A stretch of DNA of 45,128 bases from Bacteriovoracaceae bacterium (lineage in GTDB: Bacteria > Bdellovibrionota > Bacteriovoracia > Bacteriovoracales > Bacteriovoracaceae): assembly GCA_018649885.1 (NCBI GenBank), contig JABIHA010000001.1, positions 1 through 45,128 on the forward strand, given 5' to 3'. Under the pieces are notes generated by a model. It searched no databases, had not been told where the DNA came from, and saw only the letters and a program-made list of their open reading frames with translations. Both the position numbers and the translations under genes were made by a program. Below, piece by piece: positions 29,248-39,540 of the stretch. The stretch's first letter is position 1; each line of letters starts with the position of its first letter.

Positions 29248-29279
29248 GAAAGTGGGCCTCCATAAAAATGGAGGCCCAC
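29248..29279 (-). terminator. Terminator of zincin protease gene
   Basis: GTGGGCCTCCAT-4 nt-ATGGAGGCCCAC about 10 nt after the stop; short U tail. Confidence 0.75.
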
Positions 29280-29288
29280 GGATATTTT

Positions 29289-32200
29289 TTAGTGTTCGGC
29301 CATGTGACTCAGGTTTTCTTTGTAGGTTTCAATCTTGTCTAGTAATCCACCTTTGGTTTGGTCTGCCAGGCCATTGTCACGGGCCTCAACTTCCACTGTA
29401 AGGATGTCGAGAGTGATAGTGAATAGATCTATGCCCTCTTCATCTTTTTTGAGATTAACCACTGTTTCGTAGTCTGAAAGCGCTTTTTCGTAAGCAGCTT
29501 TTTCTTCCTCAGTGGGAGTGTCTCCTAGAGGCATAGGCTTAATGGAATCAACCTTTCCAACTAACTCCATTTTCTCAAGAAGAAGTGGTAATCCCTTTAC
29601 TCCTAGACGAACAATTGCTTTAAGGCCTGGATCGGCAACATCATCAGGTCCTGGAGCATTGTCACCCATGGAAATAAGCTGCTTTAACAAAGATTCAATT
29701 TGTGCTTTTTTAAAATTCTTAAATACAAGGGTCTCATCTGCGCTTGCGCCTTCTGGAAGCTCTACTCTTGCTTTCATAACTTTCTTTAAAAGCTCAGTAG
29801 AAAGTGGCTTGATCAGTTTTCCTTTATTAATAGTTTCAATCATTTTAGCGGCAATTGTGTGCTTGTTTTTCTCAGGGTTAGAAGGCAATTCCGCAAGATA
29901 GATAGTCATCTTTGATTGGTCTTCCCAGCTCATATATCCTCTAGGGATACTGTCATGGTTTGAGCTGTGAATTCTATCAACAGTCATGTGGCCTTCAAAA
30001 TTATCAGCGTCTTTGTCATGAAGTGGATCGCGAGTATCATTTTGATATAAGGCCGTATCAAATAAGAGGTAATTAATGGGGTACTTTTCATTGGAGCGAA
30101 GGTCAAAACGTCTTCTAACGCTACTCCACCACGGAAGTTGTGGGATAGAGGTTTTCATGTCAGATATCATTTTAGCGCCTGCAACGAGAGTTGTATTTTT
30201 TTCTACATATTCTTTTCCATCTTTATCTTGAAATACTTTTTGAGCTGGAGTCACTGAATCTGTTAAAATTGAATCAAGGATTCCAACCCCTCTTGCTTTT
30301 ACTGCAGTGACATCCATCAAAGAAAAACGGCTTTTTTCTGTACTGGTGAGCCCATTTTTTCTGGTGGTGAGATATTTCATGGCCATTAATTTGTCGGCCC
30401 ATATCCCCCTAACGCTGATATCATTTACGTATTCAGCATATTTAGGATTATTTTCATCGAGGTCTAATAGGTAGCGACCTTTTTCTCCTTTAACGACCAG
30501 ATCTTTTGCAAGGAGAGACTCTACAACCTCGCTGTCAAAGCAACTTGATGCTCGAGTGGTTCCTGGGATACTGATATCACGAAGGGGTTTCAATTCACTG
30601 GTTTCTGTTGTTCCTTTTTTAGCAAGAGCACAAAGGTGATCTGGACTTTCTATAACATCCATAAAGAAATTGGCGATTATACCTGCTGCCTTTATGGTTT
30701 CATCTACCTCATTACAAACTTTTGGGTAGGCCTTTCTGTCTCCAGCACCGCATCCACCTTGCTCCATAAATCCCATGGAAATCATTCTGGCGAAGTCTTC
30801 GTATCTCTCAAAGAGAAAACGCATTCTTCTAAATCTCCACGCTACGTAACCGACATAGTTTTCGATTCCAAAAGTGTTAAATTTATTTCTTTCGTCTCTC
30901 CAGTTGAGTCTTTTGTAGAGAGCATTGTAGCTATCAATATAATGCTGAGCAATTTCAGAGTAACTTGTGCCTTCATCAAATCTTGAGCATCCAATATTGA
31001 TAGAAGCATTTTCATCTGTACAGTATCCAAATGATTTCATGGCAAGGGTTGGTTTTTCTTCTTTTAACTCTTTAAGAGTTGACTCTATAGAGGCCATACT
31101 TCCATCAGCAAGCTCAACTTCTCTAGCATATCCAAATCTGAGAGCAGCGATGTCATATTTCCCGTAAATTGAAAGCTCGTTTAGATCACTATACCCATAA
31201 TCCATTATTGAGCTATAGGCCGGAATGATACCCAGGTTCTGCTCTTTAGCTTCTTTATCTGTATAGAAATTGTCCTTATCAAATGATCCTTTGAAGTTGT
31301 GACGAAGACCTAAGTTATGGCCTATTTCGTGAAGAAGAGTGGCGGAGTATGTGTGAGTCATAACAATAGTGCTGATAATTTCTCTTTGCTCAGCATTTAG
31401 ATCTGACCATGGCTTTAGAGTTCCATCTTTTTCTAAAACTCCAGGAACCTGTGAAACCCCTTTAATTTCCACTTTTGCAAGCCCAGCAAAATGAAAGAGA
31501 TCTATGTGGTAAGCATTGTTAATAGCATGTTCTTGAATAAAGTTTTCATACTCAATGGCCTTATCATATGGATTAGGTGCGTTGTCGCCAGTGAAGTTTT
31601 CATCTTGAGCAAGCTCGAGCGCTACACTTTTAAAATCACGAGTCTTAGATTTTGATCTCTCAATTTGCATTAACTGTTGAAAAGTCAGTCTTAAATTATT
31701 CTTTTTAATCTCACCTAGATTATTTGAAAAACGATGGAAAGTTCCAGATCCTTTTAATCTCTGTCTAGAGAACTCTTTGGCCATAGAAACAATGCTACTT
31801 GCTTCTGCAGAAGGATGTGTATTTTTAGCTACAACGTCTGCATCACCAGAATCTAGCTTTTCAGATTCTTCTTTTTTCTTTTTGGCCTCTTCCTTGCTTA
31901 GATCATACATGTGCTTGTAGGCTCTTCGAATACCCGTTTTTAGAACGCCAGAGTACATATTCGTGTGTGCTTGAACAATTTCTCCTGTTCTTGGGTTTTT
32001 AACAGATGGACCGTAACCTAGAAGGCCATTTGCTAGAGGATCATCAATTAAGACAATCATGCTGTTTCTGATATCACCTGGATTTTTTCCCGAGGGCTCA
32101 TGAAGCTGAATCTGAAGTCCTGAATCGGCCCTAGAAAGTGCGTCGTTAACTTTTTCAACAACCTGGTAAGTGGCCTTTTTTAAGTATAGATTTTCAGGCT

Positions 32201-33119
32201 TATTGTAAGTATCACTGAGGTGATAAACTATATTACGTCCTTTTTCTCCTTCAGAATTTAAATTATTCCATCTGTTCATAAGAAAAGAAATATTTTCTCT
32301 ACCTGGCTCAAAATTTCCGTTTAAGACAGAAGTTTTATTCTTAAAAAAACCAAACGTTCTGTAATCAGCTTTTGGATAACTCACAGGCTTGTAGTTAGCT
32401 GATTTTATCTTGTCTAGTTTAATAAGAGAATAGAAGAATTTCACAGTAAAGGCAGTATTTTCTAAGTCATCATTAAAGTATGACATTAAAACGCATAGGT
32501 AATTTGAAGAGAGAGTAAAGGTTTTTTGCAACTCAAAATTGATGACTCCATCAGAGATTTCTGAACTTACAAGCTTTTGAGACACTTCTTTAGAACAAAA
32601 AGAGGTTTTTCCAACGCTAAATAGGTCAAGTCCATTCGTTTCGTTAAACTTTACTGAAGAAAAATCTGGAATAAAGTGATCTTTATCTTGCCACTCAATT
32701 TCAGTATTTTCTTCTTCTTCATTTTTACATTTCCCATCTGTATTCTCGCTACAGCGGTAGGCCTTATAGGTAACAGGAATGGTCAGAACGATACTTCTAT
32801 TTTGTTCATTGTCTTGGAATCTTTTATCGGGATCCTCTTGATAAACAACAAGACCATTTTCTTCGAATTTTAATTTAACGATTTTCTCATCACCTTGGTA
32901 GTACGGCTTAGCACTTGTAACATTTCTTGGTGTACCAAGAGTTGATGGTAGATAGAGATATTCGGAAGAGCTATCAGCAAAAATAGACTTCTTTAGCTCT
33001 TTGGTTTCATGAAAGAGAGAGTCATACTCTCTTTTCTTAGCACAACTGACGAGGACAAGACTACATAGCCCCAACATCGCCAACTTCTCTACAACTTTAC
33101 TCATTTTGTTCTCTCTCAT
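29289..33119 (-). CDS. Zinc-dependent metalloprotease lipoprotein (Met-zincin, DUF4953/EcxA-like)
   Basis: Lipobox LVSC; GDIRNS, GYGPSVKNPRTGEIV, HEIGHNLGLRHNF, Met-turn SSIMDY. Confidence 0.9.
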   Translation of the reverse strand: MRENKMSKVVEKLAMLGLCSLVLVSCAKKREYDSLFHETKELKKSIFADSSSEYLYLPSTLGTPRNVTSAKPYYQGDEKIVKLKFEENGLVVYQEDPDKRFQDNEQNRSIVLTIPVTYKAYRCSENTDGKCKNEEEENTEIEWQDKDHFIPDFSSVKFNETNGLDLFSVGKTSFCSKEVSQKLVSSEISDGVINFELQKTFTLSSNYLCVLMSYFNDDLENTAFTVKFFYSLIKLDKIKSANYKPVSYPKADYRTFGFFKNKTSVLNGNFEPGRENISFLMNRWNNLNSEGEKGRNIVYHLSDTYNKPENLYLKKATYQVVEKVNDALSRADSGLQIQLHEPSGKNPGDIRNSMIVLIDDPLANGLLGYGPSVKNPRTGEIVQAHTNMYSGVLKTGIRRAYKHMYDLSKEEAKKKKEESEKLDSGDADVVAKNTHPSAEASSIVSMAKEFSRQRLKGSGTFHRFSNNLGEIKKNNLRLTFQQLMQIERSKSKTRDFKSVALELAQDENFTGDNAPNPYDKAIEYENFIQEHAINNAYHIDLFHFAGLAKVEIKGVSQVPGVLEKDGTLKPWSDLNAEQREIISTIVMTHTYSATLLHEIGHNLGLRHNFKGSFDKDNFYTDKEAKEQNLGIIPAYSSIMDYGYSDLNELSIYGKYDIAALRFGYAREVELADGSMASIESTLKELKEEKPTLAMKSFGYCTDENASINIGCSRFDEGTSYSEIAQHYIDSYNALYKRLNWRDERNKFNTFGIENYVGYVAWRFRRMRFLFERYEDFARMISMGFMEQGGCGAGDRKAYPKVCNEVDETIKAAGIIANFFMDVIESPDHLCALAKKGTTETSELKPLRDISIPGTTRASSCFDSEVVESLLAKDLVVKGEKGRYLLDLDENNPKYAEYVNDISVRGIWADKLMAMKYLTTRKNGLTSTEKSRFSLMDVTAVKARGVGILDSILTDSVTPAQKVFQDKDGKEYVEKNTTLVAGAKMISDMKTSIPQLPWWSSVRRRFDLRSNEKYPINYLLFDTALYQNDTRDPLHDKDADNFEGHMTVDRIHSSNHDSIPRGYMSWEDQSKMTIYLAELPSNPEKNKHTIAAKMIETINKGKLIKPLSTELLKKVMKARVELPEGASADETLVFKNFKKAQIESLLKQLISMGDNAPGPDDVADPGLKAIVRLGVKGLPLLLEKMELVGKVDSIKPMPLGDTPTEEEKAAYEKALSDYETVVNLKKDEEGIDLFTITLDILTVEVEARDNGLADQTKGGLLDKIETYKENLSHMAEH

Positions 33120-33156
33120 GTCTCTTTCCTTTCCAGTTCTCTCTCAAATCTATTAC

Positions 33157-34293
33157 TTATATCGAAAAAGTAATGCTTGAATAAATCTCACTATTTTCAA
33201 AATCAAAAAAATCTATTTCACTTTTTGAACCTGTTTCATCGTAACGATCTCCCTGATTGGAATATCCAATAGTGAGCCCTGCACTTTTAAAAAGTTGTAC
33301 TGATAAGCTTTGGTCCACCACATATGTTTGTGAAACCTCGCCTAGGTAATCCCAGGTATCGCTAACAATAAATTGAGTTGAAAGGCCTAGGTTTTCCATT
33401 GGGGAAACCCTCAGCTGAAAAATATTACTTAGGTTGTACCTGGGATTGATCCCCCCGGTCACATTGGTGTCATATTTGTGAATAAAAGTGCTTCCGGCCA
33501 ATTTATAAGTAAGGGCCAGGCCAGTTAGACCAAACTTAGTAAAGTCAGAGGTTATTTGAGGTCTGAGCATGAATCTTGTGATCATGCTCTTGTCCTTACG
33601 CGCCTTTGTTGAAAGGGGAATATATGTTCTACCTTGAGCGCTAACTTTGAATATATCCCTAGGTCCAAAAGTCTTTATCTTTTGAACTAGGCCTATAAAG
33701 TTAGTACCACTAAATCTTTCTTCTCTGAGGCCATTGAGATCTTTGGAATAATTGAAAACTCCAATAAGGGTACCTTTAGAGCTTATTTTATAGGCCGGTG
33801 AAAAAGTGAAGCTACTTCCTGGTGCAAATTCATGTGACTCTTGCTCAACCAAGTTCATGCTGGCAGAAATATCAAAGCTAAGAGATAAATTCTTAGGAAG
33901 AAAGCTACTGGTAACTGCTTTGGTACTAGAGGCCTTGGATTCCACCTGAGGAACAAAGCTTGCGATGGCCTGAGTAGTGATAATTTCATCTGATATGAAT
34001 TGTTCAGTGGCCACAACCGCTGGTTTTGAGCTCTTTTTTTTCTGTGCTTTCTTTTTTATGAATTGCTGCTCATTTGCAGGCTGAGTAGTTTCTATCTCTA
34101 TGGTTTCGGTGGTTATCTGCTGTGACTGTTCTTGCTGAATTTCAATTTTCTTTGTGGGAAGGACTGTTTGACTCAGCTGAGACTCAGCCTGTTTCACAGT
34201 TTCTATAGCGGTGTCTTTTGAACACGAGGCCGAAATTGAGACCATAAAAATGATTATGACAAAAGTTTTGAATAGTTGTTTCGGCTGACGCAT
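33157..34293 (-). CDS. Probable outer-membrane beta-barrel protein with Q/T/E-rich linker
   Basis: Signal/lipobox SASC; amphipathic beta-strands; C-terminal EIYSSITFSI. Confidence 0.65.
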   Translation of the reverse strand: MRQPKQLFKTFVIIIFMVSISASCSKDTAIETVKQAESQLSQTVLPTKKIEIQQEQSQQITTETIEIETTQPANEQQFIKKKAQKKKSSKPAVVATEQFISDEIITTQAIASFVPQVESKASSTKAVTSSFLPKNLSLSFDISASMNLVEQESHEFAPGSSFTFSPAYKISSKGTLIGVFNYSKDLNGLREERFSGTNFIGLVQKIKTFGPRDIFKVSAQGRTYIPLSTKARKDKSMITRFMLRPQITSDFTKFGLTGLALTYKLAGSTFIHKYDTNVTGGINPRYNLSNIFQLRVSPMENLGLSTQFIVSDTWDYLGEVSQTYVVDQSLSVQLFKSAGLTIGYSNQGDRYDETGSKSEIDFFDFENSEIYSSITFSI

Positions 34294-34369
34294 TTAAGAC
34301 CCTTGATTTATAAAGTCATCTAAATCAACGCCGTCGTCCATGTCTGAGTTGATGTTTCGACTATTTATA

Positions 34370-34385
34370 AGCAAGTGCTATGCCA
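34370..34385 (-). promoter_or_regulatory. Putative sigma54 (-24/-12) promoter
   Basis: TGGCATAGCACTTGCT matches TGGCAC-N5-TTGCW with exact GG-N10-GC spacing. Confidence 0.7.
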
Positions 34386-34508
34386 AGGTATTTGAAAAAT
34401 GGAATCATTGTGGAACAAGAACTTAGAGCGTTGAATGTAAGTGCGCGCCGCACTCCTTACATTTCAAGGAGTGTCTTAATGCCCTGCCAGAGGCACTTTG
34501 GAAGCTTT

Positions 34509-35777
34509 TTATTTGTGCTTCACCAAGTAAATGGCCAAAAAGTACTTATCCTTTTTGAGACGATTACGGTTTTTGATGCACCTGGTTGTAACCGGGGCCA
34601 GAAATGTATAGACTCCAGACTTAATACTCATATTAGGCCGTAGGCTAAACCTAAGTGGTGCAGAATCCTTGCACTGAAAGTAATCGATGCTAACAGATTT
34701 ATGTGAAAATTTAGATTTTCGGGTTAACCCTATGTAGACATTGTTAGAGATATTACTGAGCTCAATTGTAAGTGGAAGAGGCTTCTTTTCAGAGTCTAAG
34801 ACTTGCTCCATTAAACTATGAGAAGAGACAGGCGACAGTAGAGTCGCATAGTCCTTGAGCTCCTCTACGCCATCAGGGCCTATAATACTTGAAAGTGTTG
34901 GCAAATTTTTATGAGTGTTGTGATCAGCTATGGCCGACACAAGTCCCAAGGATTCATCGTAGGGTAAGATTTCCTTGATCCAATTAATAAGGCTTACGTG
35001 ATAGTAGCGAGCATTTTTTAAATGTCTGAGCTTTTCTGCTCTAATCAAAGATAGCTTTGCGCTGAAACGCTTGTATTTTTGGGTCCTCATTTTTTTCATC
35101 AGCAGGTGAGCATGATCACTTTCATAGTCACCTTCAATTTTGGCCTTTGCCTCTTCTTCTCTTTGCTCTATTTTTTGAAGAAAGCCTTTAAACTCGATTT
35201 CAGCAGAAATGACTGACTTGTATAGCCGAGTGCTCTTGCCTTTTTGACAGGTATTTTTATCAGGTCTTACCACCCAAAGGGCCTCATGAAAGAGAATTGC
35301 TCCTTGAGAGATCTCGCTCAATTGAAAAAAACTGGGGTAGAGGAATGTTTCACTCCCTATAGTTGAAGCGAATACAATGATTTCATCTTCAGAATTTTTG
35401 AGTCCAGAAATAGCTAGTGCTTCTTTGTAGATATCTTTGTAGCAATCACCAATATTGGCAGGTGGGATATCACTGGATACCCGGTAGTACTTTCTTTTTG
35501 GAGAGTTTGCAAAGAGGGCGGTCGTTAAGCGGGTTTTGATATGATGGGGGAGTCCAAGCTTTTTAACTCCTTTGAGTGCTATTCTTAGACCTGGTAATTT
35601 AGCTGGCCTAATTTCGGAAGTGTGCTGATTAAAGTACTCAGAGCTAAAGGTGGTCACCCCATTTTTTATTCTAAGGCCCCCGCCTCCATTGCCGACCATA
35701 TCTCCACCTGATTTGGCATAGGAGATTTGTTGGGAAAATAAAATGCAAACGAGTAGAAAGTGGCCATATATTTTCAT
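34509..35777 (-). CDS. Secreted hypothetical protein with N-terminal GGDMVGNGGG motif
   Basis: Signal peptide ending SYA; Gly-rich motif; degenerate LFHEALW; ATG directly follows the upstream TAA. Confidence 0.8.
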   Translation of the reverse strand: MKIYGHFLLVCILFSQQISYAKSGGDMVGNGGGGLRIKNGVTTFSSEYFNQHTSEIRPAKLPGLRIALKGVKKLGLPHHIKTRLTTALFANSPKRKYYRVSSDIPPANIGDCYKDIYKEALAISGLKNSEDEIIVFASTIGSETFLYPSFFQLSEISQGAILFHEALWVVRPDKNTCQKGKSTRLYKSVISAEIEFKGFLQKIEQREEEAKAKIEGDYESDHAHLLMKKMRTQKYKRFSAKLSLIRAEKLRHLKNARYYHVSLINWIKEILPYDESLGLVSAIADHNTHKNLPTLSSIIGPDGVEELKDYATLLSPVSSHSLMEQVLDSEKKPLPLTIELSNISNNVYIGLTRKSKFSHKSVSIDYFQCKDSAPLRFSLRPNMSIKSGVYTFLAPVTTRCIKNRNRLKKDKYFLAIYLVKHK

Positions 35778-36557
35778 TTAAGACTCCAATGCGCTGGTAA
35801 GAGGAAAAAAGGCCAATGATAGCTCGTAAACCTTTTGGGGGTTTTCGGTACTCATAAGCTTTGACATCTCGGCCATAAAGTTAAGCATAAGCTTTTTGGC
35901 CTTGGGTAGATTTTCCTCGTCAATGGCCATAGTCATTGATCTTATATCTCTTTGGTCAACTGGGTCTTTTTCAAGGGACTCACTAGCTAACTGGAAAACC
36001 TCTTTGTGGAAATTTCTAATGCTCTGTGAAGGGATCTCTTCTGAGCTTCTCAAGCTTTTACCTGTCCTTACAAATCGTTGGTCTATTTTTTTTACAAGAC
36101 CTAGGAGCAAAAGATTTTCTAGGGCCTTCTCTATTTTTTCATAGTCAACGCCAATGGCCTTTGCCATTTTAGGTATATCTTCTTGGTAGGATTCAAGTTG
36201 AAGTAGGCTAAGTAGTGCCCAGACATATGGGTGAGAGATTAATTCAAAATCTTCTGGAGCCAGTTCAACATATCTGGCTGCGCTAAAGTAATTTTTTGTA
36301 CCTCTAACGGGGACTGAATGAATAAAGGCGGCACTTTGCTCGGGGCATAGACTTAATTTCTCGGCAATTCGAGTGGCCCTATTTTTAGATATTCCTCTTT
36401 TTCCTGAAAGAATTTCGGAAAGAGAAGATGGTGAAATTTCCAGAAATTTGGCAAAGGCCCTAAGTGAATAGTGAGAGTTTTTCTCACATCGCCTAGACAA
36501 CTCGCCTTGTAAGACCGTTTGATAGCTCACACGCACACACATAACCCCCGCTAACAA
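35778..36557 (-). CDS. TIGR02147/DUF4423-family HTH protein (start may be a few codons downstream)
   Basis: YSLRAFAKFLEISPSSLSEILSGKR HTH; IRNFH, RDIRSMTMAID, VYELSLAFFPLT. Confidence 0.88.
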   Translation of the reverse strand: MLAGVMCVRVSYQTVLQGELSRRCEKNSHYSLRAFAKFLEISPSSLSEILSGKRGISKNRATRIAEKLSLCPEQSAAFIHSVPVRGTKNYFSAARYVELAPEDFELISHPYVWALLSLLQLESYQEDIPKMAKAIGVDYEKIEKALENLLLLGLVKKIDQRFVRTGKSLRSSEEIPSQSIRNFHKEVFQLASESLEKDPVDQRDIRSMTMAIDEENLPKAKKLMLNFMAEMSKLMSTENPQKVYELSLAFFPLTSALES

Positions 36558-36695
36558 TTTACTTCTTTATGCACAACCTAGGAGGCGAATATAGCAATAA
36601 AAGCCATTTGGCGCACCTCCAAAACCCTCAAAGCGGTTCCCTCAAGTATTGTTTTCACGGAACAGTCAAAAGTTCAGACATTCCGGGAAATAGCT

Positions 36696-38438
36696 GTGAA
36701 ATATCTACATAGAATGATCCGTTATACCGAAGCCCTAGGAGCTATGAACTGGATACTACTACTACTACTACTACTGATTTCAGCCGTTTTTTCTTTTGGG
36801 GTTTGGGCGGGGCCACCCTTGGCGGGGCCACCCTTGGCGGGGCCACCCTTGGCGGGGCCACCCTTGGCGGGGCCACCTACTTTGCACATCTATGTTGGCA
36901 AAGGGCCCAGTATTGATTCTAAGGGCACAAAGCTTATCCCCATGCCGTCACTTGAAATGGCCATAAAAAAGGCAAATGACAGCAACAAAAGGACTGTCAT
37001 CCATATTTCAGAGGGAGAGTTCTCGGTTGGTAATGGTCTCGCAATGGGGCCGGATATAGAGTTAGTCGGCGGTCATAAAATAGGGGATTATGATATTCGA
37101 GATCCTTCAAAATATATCACAAAAATAGTCCCTCTAAACCCTGGCGCAAAAGAGCATATGATTAAAGGCTTTGAAGGTCCCAATAGTTTTTCAGGGATTA
37201 GCTTTGAATCGGGGAAGAATAACCTTAGCTATTCACTATTTTTTGAAAGGGGTGGCTACGTTGTAAAAAACTGCAAATTTACAAGCTCAGGCGGCGGAGG
37301 AATAATCTCGCTTGCTGGGAGTGTGGAAGTTATTGATAGCCATTTTGTAATTTCAGGGCCGGCAAAGGCCTTCAAAGGTCACAACGGGAAGTTCTTTTTT
37401 AGAAATAATGAGGTAGAGGGAATGGTCTATGCGGATGGCGCCGCTGCTGATGGGGTTCCTTCACAAATCCATGGCAATAGAATTACCTGCGGCAACGATT
37501 TTTGTCCTGTGGCCTTGGAAATAAAAACTCCGGCCATTATCTACAAGAATCAAATTTTTGGAGGCAATACAAGTGGTGAGAGTATCGCCATGAGAATTCA
37601 ACATAATAATGGGAAGATTAGTAATTCCCTTGTATTTAAAAATCTCATAAGTGGTGGGGCCGCGACTGATAGTACAGGTATATTAGTTGGAACGGATAAT
37701 ATCCAAATATTTTCAAACCAAATAATGGGAGGCGCGGGCAAGACTCGCTCGATTGCCGTGAAAGTGGAGAGAAGCTCAGCGGTCTTCTATAATAATCTCA
37801 TTCATGGTGGAGAGTCCGAGTACCATTCCTATGCTATTCAGATTCAGAGCAAGGGCGTTCTTTCACGGCCTTCGTTTTTTAATAATACGATTAGTGGAGG
37901 CAAAGGAAAAAAGGAGACTATAAGTGTTCAACTTTTAAATTCAGCTGCTATTTTTGAAAATAATATTGTTTTTAATGATTCCAAGGCGAGAAGCTGCTTT
38001 TACGTACACTTCGATAAACAAAAGAAAAAAGTCGACTATATGACTCATTTAAATATTTCCAATAATAACCTATCCCAGTGTGATGCTGTCGTAGAATGGG
38101 CAGGGGAGCCGCCATTTAACTGCAGTTCTAATAACGATGGCGATAAGAATGATAGAACTTGTGGAGTTGGCGATTTAGAGGCCTCTAAAAGGTCAAAGCA
38201 ATTTTCCAGAAACCACCAAACGAAAGTGAATTTTGTAAGTCTGAAAGGGCCAGATGGTAAGGTCAAAAGTTTATCTGATAATGATTGGAGGCTGCCAGCA
38301 TCGGTGAACCCAAAAATTAGTGCAGGGGGAGTCAATGGTGCCAATCATGGTTGGCCCGTAAAAGAAGACTTCAGTGGCCACAGACGTACTGGAAAGGGAG
38401 CTCATGGCTGGAGCCTTGGGGCGTTTGAAGCAGACTAG
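36696..38438 (+). CDS. Secreted right-handed beta-helix (pectin-lyase-like) protein; likely start ATG 36744
   Basis: Signal peptide; repeated N-x-I-x-GG coils; IYVG...GTKLIP N-terminal motif; C-terminal WSLGAFE. Confidence 0.82.
   Translation: MKYLHRMIRYTEALGAMNWILLLLLLLISAVFSFGVWAGPPLAGPPLAGPPLAGPPLAGPPTLHIYVGKGPSIDSKGTKLIPMPSLEMAIKKANDSNKRTVIHISEGEFSVGNGLAMGPDIELVGGHKIGDYDIRDPSKYITKIVPLNPGAKEHMIKGFEGPNSFSGISFESGKNNLSYSLFFERGGYVVKNCKFTSSGGGGIISLAGSVEVIDSHFVISGPAKAFKGHNGKFFFRNNEVEGMVYADGAAADGVPSQIHGNRITCGNDFCPVALEIKTPAIIYKNQIFGGNTSGESIAMRIQHNNGKISNSLVFKNLISGGAATDSTGILVGTDNIQIFSNQIMGGAGKTRSIAVKVERSSAVFYNNLIHGGESEYHSYAIQIQSKGVLSRPSFFNNTISGGKGKKETISVQLLNSAAIFENNIVFNDSKARSCFYVHFDKQKKKVDYMTHLNISNNNLSQCDAVVEWAGEPPFNCSSNNDGDKNDRTCGVGDLEASKRSKQFSRNHQTKVNFVSLKGPDGKVKSLSDNDWRLPASVNPKISAGGVNGANHGWPVKEDFSGHRRTGKGAHGWSLGAFEAD
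36756..36773 (+). repeat. (CTA)6 microsatellite encoding poly-Leu of the signal peptide
   Basis: Direct reading. Confidence 0.9.
36806..36877 (+). repeat. Perfect 15-bp tandem repeat x4.8 (GGCGGGGCCACCCTT; AGPPL)
   Basis: Units start at 36806, 36821, 36836 and 36851; partial unit at 36866. Confidence 0.97.
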
Positions 38439-39496
38439 TTTGCCTTTGTAACCATCTGCTCGCTGGTGCAACTATTTAAACCCTTTTTGTATTCTAAAAG
38501 CTTTCTACATTTGCGCTGGTCTTCATTGTAGAAGCTGCATTTTAAGTCCAGTGCAATTAAATCAACGATAGTGTCTCTTTTAGCATCTCCGCCATTGTAG
38601 GGATAATTGTGAAAAGTGGAGAGATGATGAGTTTTGAAGCATCCAATTAGCTCTCCCAGCTTCATGGTTTCAGTGGGGGCAATGCCATCACTGTGAAATC
38701 TTCCAGTACTCGCTTTATTTAGTGACTTATCTACAATTGAAGCAAGGTAGTAAAAAAGTTGATGGATTTTCTTATGGTGGAAGCTCATCTTTTTTTCTTC
38801 TTTTCCCATATAAAAAGCCACACTTTTGTATAAAACGTCATCTCTATCTTTAATCTCTTTGTTAAATTTTTTCATTTCGACAGTATTGGCCTGATTAAGG
38901 CCATTAACGAAATCAAGTTTGAGTTTCGCTACTTTTTTGCTGAAGCTTTTGGTGGAGAGTTTTCCAGCAATTGATTTCAATGTTTGATATCGAGCTATCG
39001 CCTTACTCTTTTCCACGTCACTCAAGCTAGATTCATTAATGAGCATATCAGCAATGGCCTGATCAAGATCGAGTTTTTTTTCTTTCATGATTTTGAGGAT
39101 GATATCGGCAAGGGGGCTTCCTCCATGTGGTGAAGCGGTTGTGTATAGTGAGAGGCATTTTTTATTAAGTTGATACTGTTCAAGATATTTTGAAATCATA
39201 TAGCGCGCGATAAGGCCGCCATAACTGTGCGCCACTATATGGCAATTTTGATTTGGCTTAAGGCGGTTTTTTATTTTTTGAATAGTGAACTTTGCTCTCT
39301 GATCAGTTGTCCCTCCAAACATTCCGGGGACAAAGTAGAAATCAAATCCCTTTTTTTTAAATAGGGGTTCTAAGGTTGAAAAGTCAGACCCTGCTATTCC
39401 CGAAATAAAAAAGATGATGGGTTTTTCACTACTTGCATAAAGTGTTGTGGAAAGTGTAAATACACTTAAGGCCACTAATAAAAGTGTTGATCTCAT
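38435..39496 (-). CDS. Secreted lipase-like alpha/beta hydrolase
   Basis: Signal peptide; AHSYGG nucleophile elbow; ASPHGGSPLAD; SDGI. Confidence 0.88.
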   Translation of the reverse strand: MRSTLLLVALSVFTLSTTLYASSEKPIIFFISGIAGSDFSTLEPLFKKKGFDFYFVPGMFGGTTDQRAKFTIQKIKNRLKPNQNCHIVAHSYGGLIARYMISKYLEQYQLNKKCLSLYTTASPHGGSPLADIILKIMKEKKLDLDQAIADMLINESSLSDVEKSKAIARYQTLKSIAGKLSTKSFSKKVAKLKLDFVNGLNQANTVEMKKFNKEIKDRDDVLYKSVAFYMGKEEKKMSFHHKKIHQLFYYLASIVDKSLNKASTGRFHSDGIAPTETMKLGELIGCFKTHHLSTFHNYPYNGGDAKRDTIVDLIALDLKCSFYNEDQRKCRKLLEYKKGLNSCTSEQMVTKAN

Positions 39497-39540
39497 GGTT
39501 CTCTAATCCTTACTCTAGTCACAAAGTAATATATAGTAAT

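Noticed and set aside
36593..36606. sigma54-like TGGC...TTGCT upstream of the TIGR02147 gene
   Set aside because: GG-to-GC spacing is 2 bp too short.
36650..36664. parS-like TGTTTTCACGGAACA
   Set aside because: Does not fit the 16-bp TGTTTCACGTGAAACA palindrome without indels.
36806..36877. Possible CRISPR array
   Set aside because: No spacers; in-frame coding tandem repeat; no cas genes.
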